A stretch of 64,000 bases of DNA, taken from IMG/VR virus record IMGVR_UViG_3300015360_000023, positions 64,001-128,000 of that record. One strand, written 5' to 3'. This DNA is from a virus. Lineage: Duplodnaviria > Caudoviricetes. Positions 48,275 to 57,499 of this stretch are shown here, one piece after another; positions within the stretch are counted from its first letter, which is position 1, and the number at the start of each line of letters is the position of its first letter. Position numbers and translations under genes: made by a program. The notes below the pieces were generated by a model, which saw only the letters and a list, made by a program, of their open reading frames with translations, was not told the DNA's origin and did no database searches.

Positions 48275-49102
48275 ATGCTATATCTTTTGACACTTACCTG
48301 GAATGCGTGCGACAAGTTAACCAAACTCAAGGAATCAATTCTTCCTGCCCTTAATGGTATTGATTACACTTGGCTCATCAAGGATAATGCATCCAAAGAT
48401 GATACTGTTGCCGTTGCTTCAAGTTGGGGCGGTAACATAAAGGTTATCCCTTATAAGAACAACATGCAAAACTTTTCAGCGGGTATGAACTACCTCTTTA
48501 ATGAGGCGCAACCTAAAGATAATGATCGTGTTCTTTTATTGAACAATGATGTTATTTTTAATGATAAAAAGTCAATTCATAATATGATGGGTATTATGGA
48601 TAAAGATAAAAAGGTAGGCGCAGTAGGCTGTAGGTTGCTATATACTGGCACTGATAAACTCCAACACGCAGGTGTCGTTTTTGATCCGAGAACTAGGACT
48701 CCAACCCATTTTAGGGTCGGCCAAAAGACTGATGCAATGGCAGAAAGAAACAGAGAGTTTCAGGTTGTAACTGGAGCTGTTCTTTTAACTGATGGTGAGA
48801 GTTTCAAGAATTCTTTTACCAAGAACAAATCGGGCGCTAATGGCATGGACGAAAATTATCACTGGGCCTTTGATGATGTTGATTTGTGTTTAGCCATTAA
48901 GTATAATCAGAACAAGAGAATTATATATTGTGGTGAGACTAATATCTTCCATGAAGAAAGTGCCTCTCTAAAGAAGAATCCAGCTAACAAGCTATTTATG
49001 AATCATAATATGTCCTATCTAATGGACAAGTGGGCTGGACGTTATCAAATTGATCTGGTCGATTACACTAAAGATCCAAAACTTAATTTGTACCAAGGAT
49101 AA
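48275..49102 (+). CDS. glycosyltransferase family 2 (WbbL/rhamnosyltransferase-like)
   Basis: DNASKD, NFSAGMN, LLLNND, VGAVGCRL, QHAG, VTGAVLL, DDVDLCL, HEESAS. An AAGGA SD favours ATG 48275. Confidence 0.9.
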   Translation: MLYLLTLTWNACDKLTKLKESILPALNGIDYTWLIKDNASKDDTVAVASSWGGNIKVIPYKNNMQNFSAGMNYLFNEAQPKDNDRVLLLNNDVIFNDKKSIHNMMGIMDKDKKVGAVGCRLLYTGTDKLQHAGVVFDPRTRTPTHFRVGQKTDAMAERNREFQVVTGAVLLTDGESFKNSFTKNKSGANGMDENYHWAFDDVDLCLAIKYNQNKRIIYCGETNIFHEESASLKKNPANKLFMNHNMSYLMDKWAGRYQIDLVDYTKDPKLNLYQG

Positions 49103-49104
49103 AC

Positions 49105-50055
49105 GTGAAAAAAGTTCTTATTACTGGCACATGTGGTTTCATTTTCAGCAACTTCATTCGTCGAGCTATCTACGAAAGACAAGCATATTCCTTTGTGAGT
49201 ATAGATAGGGTTGGTGGTAATGCCAATGCCCTTTATTCTCATAAGAATCATGTCTTCCATCTGGCCGACTTAAGGGACAACCATATCATTGATAAGATCT
49301 TTCAATTTGAAAGACCGGATATCGTTATCCATGCGGCGGCTGAAAGCTTCGTAGATGCTTCTCTGACCGATCCTAACGCCTTTGTGACCTCTAATGTCCT
49401 AGGCACCCAGGTAGTCATCAATGCCTGTTTAAAACACGGTGTGGAGCGACTAATTTATGTTTCCACAGATGAGGTGTATGGCCAGCTTACTAGCGAGTCA
49501 GATAAGGCCTGGACTGAGGAATCACCCCTTGACCCCAGAAACCCTTATTCGGCTTCTAAAGCGGCTGGAGAGTTGATGGTCAAAGCAGCTCATGCTAGCC
49601 ATGGTTTAATTTATAACATTACTCGTAGCTCCAACAACTATGGCCCCCGCCAGACTGCCGAAAAGCTCATTCCGAAGGCAATAAAATGCATTATGAATGA
49701 CCAGAAGATTCCCCTATATGGTCAGGGTCTTCAGATTCGAGACTGGACGCATGTTTTCGATAATTGCGCAGCCTTGCTAGCCATTCTAAATGATGGTAAA
49801 CCTAATGAGACCTATAATATTTCAGCTAATCAAGAGCTACCTAACATTGAAGTAATTCAAAAGATTTGTAATGCTATGGGTAAAGGTCACAATCTTATTT
49901 CCTTCATTGAAGACCCTCGTAAGGGTCATGATTTTAGATATTCAGTTGATTCATCTAAAATCAAAGAACTGGGTTGGAAACCGACCTTCAAATTCAGAGA
50001 AGGTATCACTGAAACTGTTGAATGGTATAAGATAAATCAATGGCTTTTGAAGTGA
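49105..50055 (+). CDS. rmlB: dTDP-glucose 4,6-dehydratase (RmlB-like extended SDR)
   Basis: AAES.VD, VSTDEVYG, PYSASKA (YxxxK), SNNYGP.Q..EKLIP, RDW, GHDFRY. Confidence 0.9.
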   Translation: MKKVLITGTCGFIFSNFIRRAIYERQAYSFVSIDRVGGNANALYSHKNHVFHLADLRDNHIIDKIFQFERPDIVIHAAAESFVDASLTDPNAFVTSNVLGTQVVINACLKHGVERLIYVSTDEVYGQLTSESDKAWTEESPLDPRNPYSASKAAGELMVKAAHASHGLIYNITRSSNNYGPRQTAEKLIPKAIKCIMNDQKIPLYGQGLQIRDWTHVFDNCAALLAILNDGKPNETYNISANQELPNIEVIQKICNAMGKGHNLISFIEDPRKGHDFRYSVDSSKIKELGWKPTFKFREGITETVEWYKINQWLLK

Positions 50056-50078
50056 TATAATACATCTAAGGAGACATA

Positions 50079-51440
50079 ATGTCAGCAACATCCAAAACAG
50101 AAGAAACGACCGCCGAGACCGTGGTAGATGACGTTTCAAATACAGAAGTTAAAAAAGAAGACGGATTAGATCCGAATGTCTTGGCCGCATTGAAGGCTAA
50201 GAGCCAAGCTAAACAGCAGGAGAGCAAGATGGCGGCTAAGATTGTAGCGAAGAAAGAGAGAAGCCTTGCCTTAGGTATCCTGGGTTCAGGTCAAGCAGGT
50301 TCTAGATTAGCTGAAGCTTTTTACAAGCACGGTTATGACGTAGCAGTAGTTAATACAGCTATGCAGGACTTGAAGTTTATTGATGTCCCAGATTCTAACA
50401 AGCTACTCTTAGAGTATGGTCTTGGTGGAGCTGCTAAAGAAATTGAAATTGGTAAGGCAGCAGCCGAAGCTCATCGTGGTGAAATTAGCCAATTGATTGC
50501 CGACAAACTGGCTCACTCTCAAGTGAATGTCCTTTGCCTTAGTTTAGGTGGTGGTTCAGGCGCTGGTTCTTGTGAGACCCTTGTAGATATTCTATCCAGT
50601 ACCGGCAAACCCTTAGTCGTTATGACCGTTCTTCCGATGGCCACTGAAGATGCTCAGACTAAATCCAATGCTCTTGAAACTTTATCCAAACTTTCTAAGT
50701 TAGCTCAAACTAAGAAGATCAACAATCTTATCGTTGTTGATAATGCTAAGATAGAATCTATCTATTCTGAAGTGGGTCAAATGGAATTCTATAAAACGGC
50801 TAACAAAGCCATTGTAGAGCCAATTGATATTTTCAATACACTTTCTTCTATGCCATCTGAAACCAAGCCATTGGATCCAATGGAATTTTCTAAGCTGTTT
50901 TTAGACGGTGATGGCCTTACTGTTTACGGTGAATTCTCTGTCGCAGATTACGCTGGCGAAATGAGTATTGCTGAAGCAGTTGTAAACAACCTATCTCACA
51001 ACCTATTGGCTGAAGGTTTTGATCTTAAGCAATCCAAGTATGTTGGTTACATTGTAACTGCAAGCAAAGAAGTCTGGTCTAAGATTAAGGCAGTTAGCAT
51101 TGATTACGCCAACCATATGGTCAATGACCTTTGTGGTAATCCAGTAGGTGTCTTCAAGGGTATGTATGTCGTTGAATCTAACGAAGACGTTGTCAAGGTT
51201 TATTCAATGTTTTCTGGTCTTGGTTTGCCGGCTTCTCGTGTTGAGCAACTTAAGAATGATACTCAAGAACTAAAGTCTAAAGTCAAGGGCAAAGATGATG
51301 CTCGTAATCTAACTCTACAACTTGACACCGGCACCAATGAAACGGTTTCTGCCGCCCAAAAGGTCAAGGACAAGATTGCCGCTAAATCATCTTCCTTCGG
51401 TAAGTTCGTGACGGGCGTTGTCGATAGACGTAAGCCATAA
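50079..51440 (+). CDS. tubulin/FtsZ-superfamily GTPase (PhuZ/TubZ-like)
   Basis: T1 loop GSGQAGSRLAE, signature LGGGSGAG, VVDN, T7 loop LDPMEF, C-terminal SGLGLPASRV. Confidence 0.88.
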   Translation: MSATSKTEETTAETVVDDVSNTEVKKEDGLDPNVLAALKAKSQAKQQESKMAAKIVAKKERSLALGILGSGQAGSRLAEAFYKHGYDVAVVNTAMQDLKFIDVPDSNKLLLEYGLGGAAKEIEIGKAAAEAHRGEISQLIADKLAHSQVNVLCLSLGGGSGAGSCETLVDILSSTGKPLVVMTVLPMATEDAQTKSNALETLSKLSKLAQTKKINNLIVVDNAKIESIYSEVGQMEFYKTANKAIVEPIDIFNTLSSMPSETKPLDPMEFSKLFLDGDGLTVYGEFSVADYAGEMSIAEAVVNNLSHNLLAEGFDLKQSKYVGYIVTASKEVWSKIKAVSIDYANHMVNDLCGNPVGVFKGMYVVESNEDVVKVYSMFSGLGLPASRVEQLKNDTQELKSKVKGKDDARNLTLQLDTGTNETVSAAQKVKDKIAAKSSSFGKFVTGVVDRRKP

Positions 51441-51463
51441 TCTACTAGAACTGATAATATAAA

Positions 51464-51520
51464 TTGTCGAGAAAAAGGTACTAGATATATATGATCTAGT
51501 ACCTTTAACCTTTTCGACAA
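51464..51520. promoter_or_regulatory. long inverted repeat between the tubulin and helicase genes
   Basis: Perfect 13-bp AAAGGTACTAGAT (51474-51486)/ATCTAGTACCTTT (51494-51506) with an ATATATG loop. Outer arms TTGTCGA (51464-51470)/TCGACAA (51514-51520). Confidence 0.8.
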
Positions 51521-51521
51521 C

Positions 51522-53036
51522 ATGACCAAAATTCTTATCAAGGGTAACACCTCTCAGATCACGGAAGAGTCCGATGCTAATCATGTTTTAGCTCTGGATA
51601 AGCATCTCTCTTTTTACGTACAGGGCGCCGAACATACGGCTGCCTTTAGGGGATACATCAATCGAGATGGAGACTTTGTCAAGTGGGATGGGATGAAAAA
51701 ACTTCTGACCCCCACTCTTCAGTTCCCTACCGGATTAGTAGATAGGGTCAAAGACTTCTACATTGAACATGGTAAAACATTTGATATTGTCGATAAGCGC
51801 CCAGCTAAATCGGTGGGCACTCCACGAGATATTCTTTCTAATTTAAAGAAAATGAATAAGGATCCCTATCCTTATCAAATGGAAATTCTTGATGTCATTG
51901 ACAAAAATGATCGAGGAATTATAAAGGTAGCTACAGGTGGAGGAAAAAGTTTGATCGCGGCATTGATTGCTGCCAAATTAGGTAAGAAGACCATCATCTA
52001 TGTTATTGGTAAGGATCTACTTTACCAGTTCCACGATTTCTTCTCGTTGGTTTTTGATGAGAAGATCGGAATCATTGGTGATGGTAAATGTGAAATTCAT
52101 GACATCAACATTGCCAGTATCTGGACCATTGGTCAAGCTATTGGTATGGACAAAAAAACCATTTTACTTGAAGGTGATGATGACGAAGAAGCGGTAAGTA
52201 AAGACAAGTACGTTAATATCCTTAAGATGATTAAGGATACAAAAACTCATATGATTGATGAGTGCCATATGTCAGCTTGCGAAACCATTCAACAGGTTTT
52301 CAAAACAGCTAAGGCCGAGCATCTGTATGGTTTGAGCGGATCTCCTTGGAGAGACGACGGAGCCGATTTACTCATCGAAGCTGTTCTTGGCAAGTACATT
52401 GTCAACATCTCTGCTTCTTATTTGATTGAGCGTGACTTCTTGGCTCAAGCACTCATAAGATTTAGAGTAGTCCCTCCATATCCAACTCAGATAGAGAAGG
52501 TCTATCAATCAATTTACAAAAAATATGTTGTAGAGAATGATGCCCGAAATGGTTTAGTTTTAGATGGTGCTAAAACTCTGGTTGCAAAGGGATACCAAAC
52601 GCTGGTGCTCTTTAACAGTTTGAAACATGGTAAGATTCTTTACGAGCTATTCAAGCAGCACATGAAGTGTGCCATCTTAGACGGATCTAATAGCAAGGAA
52701 GAGCGAGAGCAAGTCAAAAAAGATTTAATGGAGCACAAAATTGATTGTGTTTTGGCTTCCAAAATCTTTGATATAGGCGTTGACATCCCCAGTTTAGCTG
52801 GTCTGGTAATCGCATGCGGTGGAAAATCAACTGTCAAGGCATTACAAAGAGTTGGAAGAGTCATTCGTAAGTATCCGGGCAAGAAGTTTGCCGTTGTTAT
52901 TGACTTCATTGATCAAGCTCCATTTCTTGATAACCACTCTAAAACTAGATACAAGATTTATAAGTCAGAAGAAGGGTTCGACGTATCATGGCCACTCCAA
53001 AAAAAGAAAAAATCGAAGAAACCGGAGGAGAACTAA
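51522..53036 (+). CDS. superfamily 2 helicase (UvsW/ResIII-like)
   Basis: Walker A VATGGGKS, DECH, GLSGSP, IGVDIP, QRVGRVIR. Confidence 0.92.
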   Translation: MTKILIKGNTSQITEESDANHVLALDKHLSFYVQGAEHTAAFRGYINRDGDFVKWDGMKKLLTPTLQFPTGLVDRVKDFYIEHGKTFDIVDKRPAKSVGTPRDILSNLKKMNKDPYPYQMEILDVIDKNDRGIIKVATGGGKSLIAALIAAKLGKKTIIYVIGKDLLYQFHDFFSLVFDEKIGIIGDGKCEIHDINIASIWTIGQAIGMDKKTILLEGDDDEEAVSKDKYVNILKMIKDTKTHMIDECHMSACETIQQVFKTAKAEHLYGLSGSPWRDDGADLLIEAVLGKYIVNISASYLIERDFLAQALIRFRVVPPYPTQIEKVYQSIYKKYVVENDARNGLVLDGAKTLVAKGYQTLVLFNSLKHGKILYELFKQHMKCAILDGSNSKEEREQVKKDLMEHKIDCVLASKIFDIGVDIPSLAGLVIACGGKSTVKALQRVGRVIRKYPGKKFAVVIDFIDQAPFLDNHSKTRYKIYKSEEGFDVSWPLQKKKKSKKPEEN

Positions 53037-53599
53037 CCTCTGTTCCTAATGATAAGTACAGGAAGTTCTTCGATAAGTTTGCAGAGATTGAAACACTAAA
53101 GGTGGACGACTGGAAAGCCGCGCACCTTCTTGGCTATTTCTGCAAGAAATATAAAGATACTTACAATGAGGATTATCCCTGGAAGTTCAATAACGAGAAT
53201 CCTGCTAAATGCTTTGAGGTCTGGCAACTTAATACATTGGTTGCCCGTATCTCCAAGAACCCTCAGATTCTCAAGGACTACATCGACTGGGCTTATATTA
53301 ATTTGGTTCCTAAGGCTAAACGCAGGCTCACCTCAATTTCCTTTATGACTAAGGAAGACATCGTTCTCAATTACAAGATGAACGTGCTCTTAGCCGGTAA
53401 GAAGAATCTAAGCGTGGATCGTTCTAGTCCTCTTCCAGATAAGTTCAAATCACCATTTCAAGAGATTGGTGTTACTGTTTCCAATTACGGTGACTTAGCT
53501 TTCCTATCTCAAATGGAGAAGACTGCCGAGATGATTTCCGCTTTTGAGAAGCTTAATGAACTAGGATTCGATAATGACATCCTGGGGAGAATTGTATGA
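52988..53599 (+). CDS. hypothetical protein in the replication cluster
   Basis: 203-aa ORF overlapping the helicase end. Function not recognised; a replisome-organiser role is only a positional guess. Confidence 0.6.
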   Translation: MATPKKEKIEETGGELTSVPNDKYRKFFDKFAEIETLKVDDWKAAHLLGYFCKKYKDTYNEDYPWKFNNENPAKCFEVWQLNTLVARISKNPQILKDYIDWAYINLVPKAKRRLTSISFMTKEDIVLNYKMNVLLAGKKNLSVDRSSPLPDKFKSPFQEIGVTVSNYGDLAFLSQMEKTAEMISAFEKLNELGFDNDILGRIV

Positions 53600-54000
53600 T
53601 ATTGTTTACTTTTGAAAATCTAAGATCAATGGTTGATCTTACTAAGATTGATAGTGATTTCTTAGCCCAGGGATTTAAGTTAGCGGCCGTAGATTCTGGA
53701 CGAAATCACCTGTGGACTACTATGGATGACTTAGAAAAAGATGCTGAGAAGCATGCCATTGATAATGGTTGGGATCCAGCAACTATGTTGGTGCTGTATG
53801 ACCCGCCTAGAACAGAAGAAGAACGAGCGGCAGCGGCAGAAGAAATTAAACGACAAATAGAAGAAGACCCTGATTGGGATGATATCCAAATTGGAGAAGT
53901 TGACCCTAAACGGGTAATAGCTTCAGTCTATAAAAACATGACTCCTGAGAAGCTTGTTAAAGAGTTACTTAGACCTTGGGAAATGAGGGTCTTCTCATGA
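53596..54000 (+). CDS. hypothetical acidic protein
   Basis: ATGA overlaps at both ends. Confidence 0.65.
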   Translation: MILFTFENLRSMVDLTKIDSDFLAQGFKLAAVDSGRNHLWTTMDDLEKDAEKHAIDNGWDPATMLVLYDPPRTEEERAAAAEEIKRQIEEDPDWDDIQIGEVDPKRVIASVYKNMTPEKLVKELLRPWEMRVFS

Positions 54001-54503
54001 CTCCGCAAACCGGACAACATGTAAAGGTTATTCTTCGTAATGGCGCTATTGCCGAAGGCATCGTTGAAGAGTGGTTTGCTAATACAGTTCAATTACGATC
54101 TTTAGATAATGAAAGTATTCTAATTATCAGTCATCCGGCTGAAGATATAATGCTAATCAAAGTAATGTTAGATAAACCGGAAGAAGAGGCTGAGCCTGAG
54201 TCCGGCCCTACCATTGAAGAAGTAAATGATTTTGAGGCACAGTTCCAGGAAGCTGCCGACTCAACTGATCCACATGATGTGGATGATATCAAAAGTTTAG
54301 CACAATTGCGTATTGAATTGAATAAACAAGAGCGCCGCATCATTGCAGAAAAACTAAAGGATCATCGACCGGGTCGTGCTTATCAACCTAGTACAACTCC
54401 ATACCACTATCCTTCTGTGGTAACAGGCAAACCAACTCCCTATACACCATCAAGGATCCCGAATGGACACACACGACATAGCAAGAAGCCGAGCACTAAA
54501 TAA
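53997..54503 (+). CDS. hypothetical protein with Sm/Hfq-like N-terminal pattern
   Basis: ATGA overlap supports the 53997 start. Contains VKVILRNGAIAEGIV. Confidence 0.55.
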   Translation: MTPQTGQHVKVILRNGAIAEGIVEEWFANTVQLRSLDNESILIISHPAEDIMLIKVMLDKPEEEAEPESGPTIEEVNDFEAQFQEAADSTDPHDVDDIKSLAQLRIELNKQERRIIAEKLKDHRPGRAYQPSTTPYHYPSVVTGKPTPYTPSRIPNGHTRHSKKPSTK

Positions 54504-55170
54504 CATCCCTCCTCGTAAAGTTCAAGATGCTCTTGCGGCCGTTGAAGCCAGTCAAGATGAATTGAAAGTGAAGCATGTTAAACAGATTGCTATTAATCGA
54601 TATGCTGAAAGCAATATCCCTATTGATTATTGGACTCTTAAAATGGATAGGGATTTCAAGGGAGATCCAAGATTGCTTGCCAAGTTCAATGAATATACGG
54701 AAGATCTAAAAGCTTCATATGTAAGCGGTAGTTCGCTATGCCTTGCTGGTGGTCATGGGCTCGGAAAAACAATGACAATAACTTGCGTTCTTAAAAAAGC
54801 AAGTCAAAAAGGATTTAATTGTCTGTACACTACGCTCAGTGATATAGTCAACGTCCTTACCATTGGCGGTGGGGAGGACAAGTTCCTGGCACGCCGAGAA
54901 CTTGCTTTGGTTGATTTCTTGGCGATTGATGAATTTGATCCTCGATTTATGCCATCTGAGAATGCGGCCGATTTATATGCTCGCAGCTTGGAAAGTGTTT
55001 TTCGAAATCGCAGCCAGAATAAGCTTCCTACATTGATGGCTTCTAATAGTCCCAATCCGGTTGAAGCTTTCAAGGGTCCTTTGAAGGACAGCATTGATAG
55101 CTTGATGAAGGGATACCTAAAAGTCTTCCCGGTCGCACCAGGCAAGGATTTTAGAAAGGAAAAAGCATGA
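54463..55170 (+). CDS. DnaC/IstB-like AAA+ helicase loader
   Basis: Walker A GGHGLGKT, Walker B FLAIDEF, R...KLPTLMASN. Directly upstream of DnaB. Confidence 0.85.
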   Translation: MDTHDIARSRALNNIPPRKVQDALAAVEASQDELKVKHVKQIAINRYAESNIPIDYWTLKMDRDFKGDPRLLAKFNEYTEDLKASYVSGSSLCLAGGHGLGKTMTITCVLKKASQKGFNCLYTTLSDIVNVLTIGGGEDKFLARRELALVDFLAIDEFDPRFMPSENAADLYARSLESVFRNRSQNKLPTLMASNSPNPVEAFKGPLKDSIDSLMKGYLKVFPVAPGKDFRKEKA

Positions 55171-56573
55171 GCAACGATTTAGATTTAGTTATTCTTAAAA
55201 CGCTAGTAACTAATAAGAAGCATGCTTTAGACTTTGTCAATGAATGTGACATTAAACTATTTGGGCCAGATGTCTTTCATTTTGCTAACCTAGCCATTGG
55301 ATACATTCGTACCTATAAAGATCTTCCAACTCAAAGGGTTATGGTTGAGAGACTTACTAAGGGTAAGAATGAAAAACAAATTGAGCACGTTAATAAAGTA
55401 TGGGCTCAACTAGATGCTCTATCATATAATGATCGCGAATATAAGCACGATCTAGAGTCCATAAAGAAACGCTTTGCTGAGAAACAGCTTTCTGGAATGA
55501 AGGACCAGCTAGGTAAACTAGAGCCTGGTGCCATGGATATCGAAAAGACTATCAGTGATATGAATAAGACTATTCAGTCTATTAAGTCATTGCATCAAGT
55601 TAAAGCTTACGAACGTAAAACTTTAAAACAAGCTATACCTATCTTTAGAGAAGAGTATAATGCTAAGATGGAGGATCCTGATTTTGATAAAGGCATCAAG
55701 ACTGGTTACTCTTATCTAGACAACGCTACAGATGGGTTGAGACCGGGCGAGCTTATTCTCATCGGTGGTGAGTCGGGTGCTGGTAAATCCATGTTGTTAA
55801 TGAACATGGCTATTCAGATTTGGTTGCAAGAGAATACCATTGATATGGTGGACAACTTCAAGCCAGGTAACAGCGTCCTTTACTTCTCTTTGGAAATGCC
55901 ATTCAAACCATGTTTGAATCGTGTTCTATCTAGACTGTCTGGCAATCCATCCAAGAAAATTCGTAATGCTACATTGAATACCGATGAGGCTCTCAAGCTC
56001 AAGAAGGCGCTCAAGTTCATTAATAATTATAATTGTGAATTTGAGATTGTTGATATTCCTCGTGGAGCTACCATGGAAAGCATGGAGCTTATCTTTGAGG
56101 AAGCTAAAGCTTATTACAATCCAAAGATTATCGTAATCGACTATCTTGGTCTAATGGACTACGATGGCGCCGATATGGAAGACTGGCTCAAGCTCGGCAA
56201 GATTGCTGAAAAGATTCACGAGTTTGCTCGTGTCCATGGTTTGATTGTTCTAAGTGCCATCCAGTTAAACCGTGGTAAGGGCGGCAAGGATACCGAGGAA
56301 AAGATTGGTTTACATCGTATTGGTCGTTCGGCTCTAATCATGCAAAACGCTAACATTGGTGTTCAGATTGAAACTCGTCCCAATGAGAAGTCTTTCCCGG
56401 ATATGAATTACCATCTTATTAAGAATCGTGACGGTGAATTGGGCAAAGGAAAGCTTATCAAAAACCTGGCGGCAGGCACCCTTATTGACGAGAAATCTGA
56501 AGAAGATCCAACTACTTTTGAGATGAGAGATCCAGACGATATTTCTGATCGTCCTGGCCTCGATCTTGACTAA
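55167..56573 (+). CDS. dnaB: DnaB-like replicative helicase
   Basis: GLRPGELILIGGESGAGKS, YFSLEM, IVIDYL, SAIQLNR, IKNRDG. Confidence 0.92.
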   Translation: MSNDLDLVILKTLVTNKKHALDFVNECDIKLFGPDVFHFANLAIGYIRTYKDLPTQRVMVERLTKGKNEKQIEHVNKVWAQLDALSYNDREYKHDLESIKKRFAEKQLSGMKDQLGKLEPGAMDIEKTISDMNKTIQSIKSLHQVKAYERKTLKQAIPIFREEYNAKMEDPDFDKGIKTGYSYLDNATDGLRPGELILIGGESGAGKSMLLMNMAIQIWLQENTIDMVDNFKPGNSVLYFSLEMPFKPCLNRVLSRLSGNPSKKIRNATLNTDEALKLKKALKFINNYNCEFEIVDIPRGATMESMELIFEEAKAYYNPKIIVIDYLGLMDYDGADMEDWLKLGKIAEKIHEFARVHGLIVLSAIQLNRGKGGKDTEEKIGLHRIGRSALIMQNANIGVQIETRPNEKSFPDMNYHLIKNRDGELGKGKLIKNLAAGTLIDEKSEEDPTTFEMRDPDDISDRPGLDLD

Positions 56574-56599
56574 TTATTAGACATATAATAGAGGTCTAG

Positions 56600-56773
56600 A
56601 TGCAGAATAAAGTAGTGGCAGAAGCCGTTAGAGTTGAGTACGAAGAGAAGACTGGAAAGATGTATATTGTCTTTGAAGTAAAAGACGAAAAGTACAAGCA
56701 AGATCTTAAAAAGAACTGGACTAAAGATATAGAATTCCGTCTGGTTGATAAGCTATTAGTTGAAGGCGAATAA
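56600..56773 (+). CDS. small hypothetical protein (57 aa, MQNKVVAEAV...)
   Basis: Read manually. GAGG SD and TAATG coupling to the next ORF. The track shows only its antisense shadow. Confidence 0.65.
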   Translation: MQNKVVAEAVRVEYEEKTGKMYIVFEVKDEKYKQDLKKNWTKDIEFRLVDKLLVEGE

Positions 56774-56940
56774 TGAATCACGATTTTATTATTATTAATT
56801 CAGGAAATCAAATCTTCTATGACAAAATAGTGGGCACAATCGCGCTCGTAAGTGGTACTGGAATCACATCTAATGGTCCTGGTTATATTTTGAAATCAAG
56901 AATGCAGGACGCCTTCTTTGGAAAACTTGGAAAGAAATAA
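56773..56940 (+). CDS. small hypothetical protein (55 aa, MNHDFIII...)
   Basis: Read manually. Coupled to the upstream stop; its stop overlaps the AAGGA SD of the next gene. Confidence 0.55.
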   Translation: MNHDFIIINSGNQIFYDKIVGTIALVSGTGITSNGPGYILKSRMQDAFFGKLGKK

Positions 56941-56949
56941 AGGAATACT

Positions 56950-57252
56950 ATGCCTACGTACGAACACCGCTGTGATACTTGCAAACATGAATGGGAAGCT
57001 GATTATTCAATCAAGTTAGATCCACCTAAAGTTTGTGTCTCTTGCTCTGCTGAAACTGTAACCCGCCTTATTTCTTTAGGTGGTAAAGGCGTTGTAGAGC
57101 TTACTGGCCAAGAGCTAGTTGCGAAGGTCAAGGCTGATGGGCAAGCCCTCAAGAAGGATGCTCACGCTAAAGAGAAGGTCTATGCCAATTTGCTTGGTGA
57201 AGACAAGTACCAAGCCTTGCAAGTCAGGCTAGACAAGCAGAAGCGCCGATGA
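56950..57252 (+). CDS. FmdB-family zinc-ribbon protein
   Basis: MPTYEHRCDTC...CVSC...VTRLIS. Confidence 0.85.
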   Translation: MPTYEHRCDTCKHEWEADYSIKLDPPKVCVSCSAETVTRLISLGGKGVVELTGQELVAKVKADGQALKKDAHAKEKVYANLLGEDKYQALQVRLDKQKRR

Positions 57253-57491
57253 ACTCCTGGAGCACCGGCTTTGGCCGCAGAGGTACTCTAGAAACTCGTT
57301 TAGTAGTGGCCAAGGAGACCGTGCGTTCACTACTGTTCAGAATCCATGAAATTGAAATGAGTGCCCAACTAAGCGATAATGAAAAGCTTTCTAAAATAAA
57401 AATAATTAAGGATGAAATGATTAAAGTTGGCACGGAAATTGACAACATCAAAAAAGAGATTAACTTTCTAAACAGCTATTCGGTAAATTAA
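57249..57491 (+). CDS. hypothetical coiled-coil protein
   Basis: ATGA overlap with the upstream gene; heptad-like C-terminus. Confidence 0.6.
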   Translation: MNSWSTGFGRRGTLETRLVVAKETVRSLLFRIHEIEMSAQLSDNEKLSKIKIIKDEMIKVGTEIDNIKKEINFLNSYSVN

Positions 57492-57499
57492 GAGTTAAC

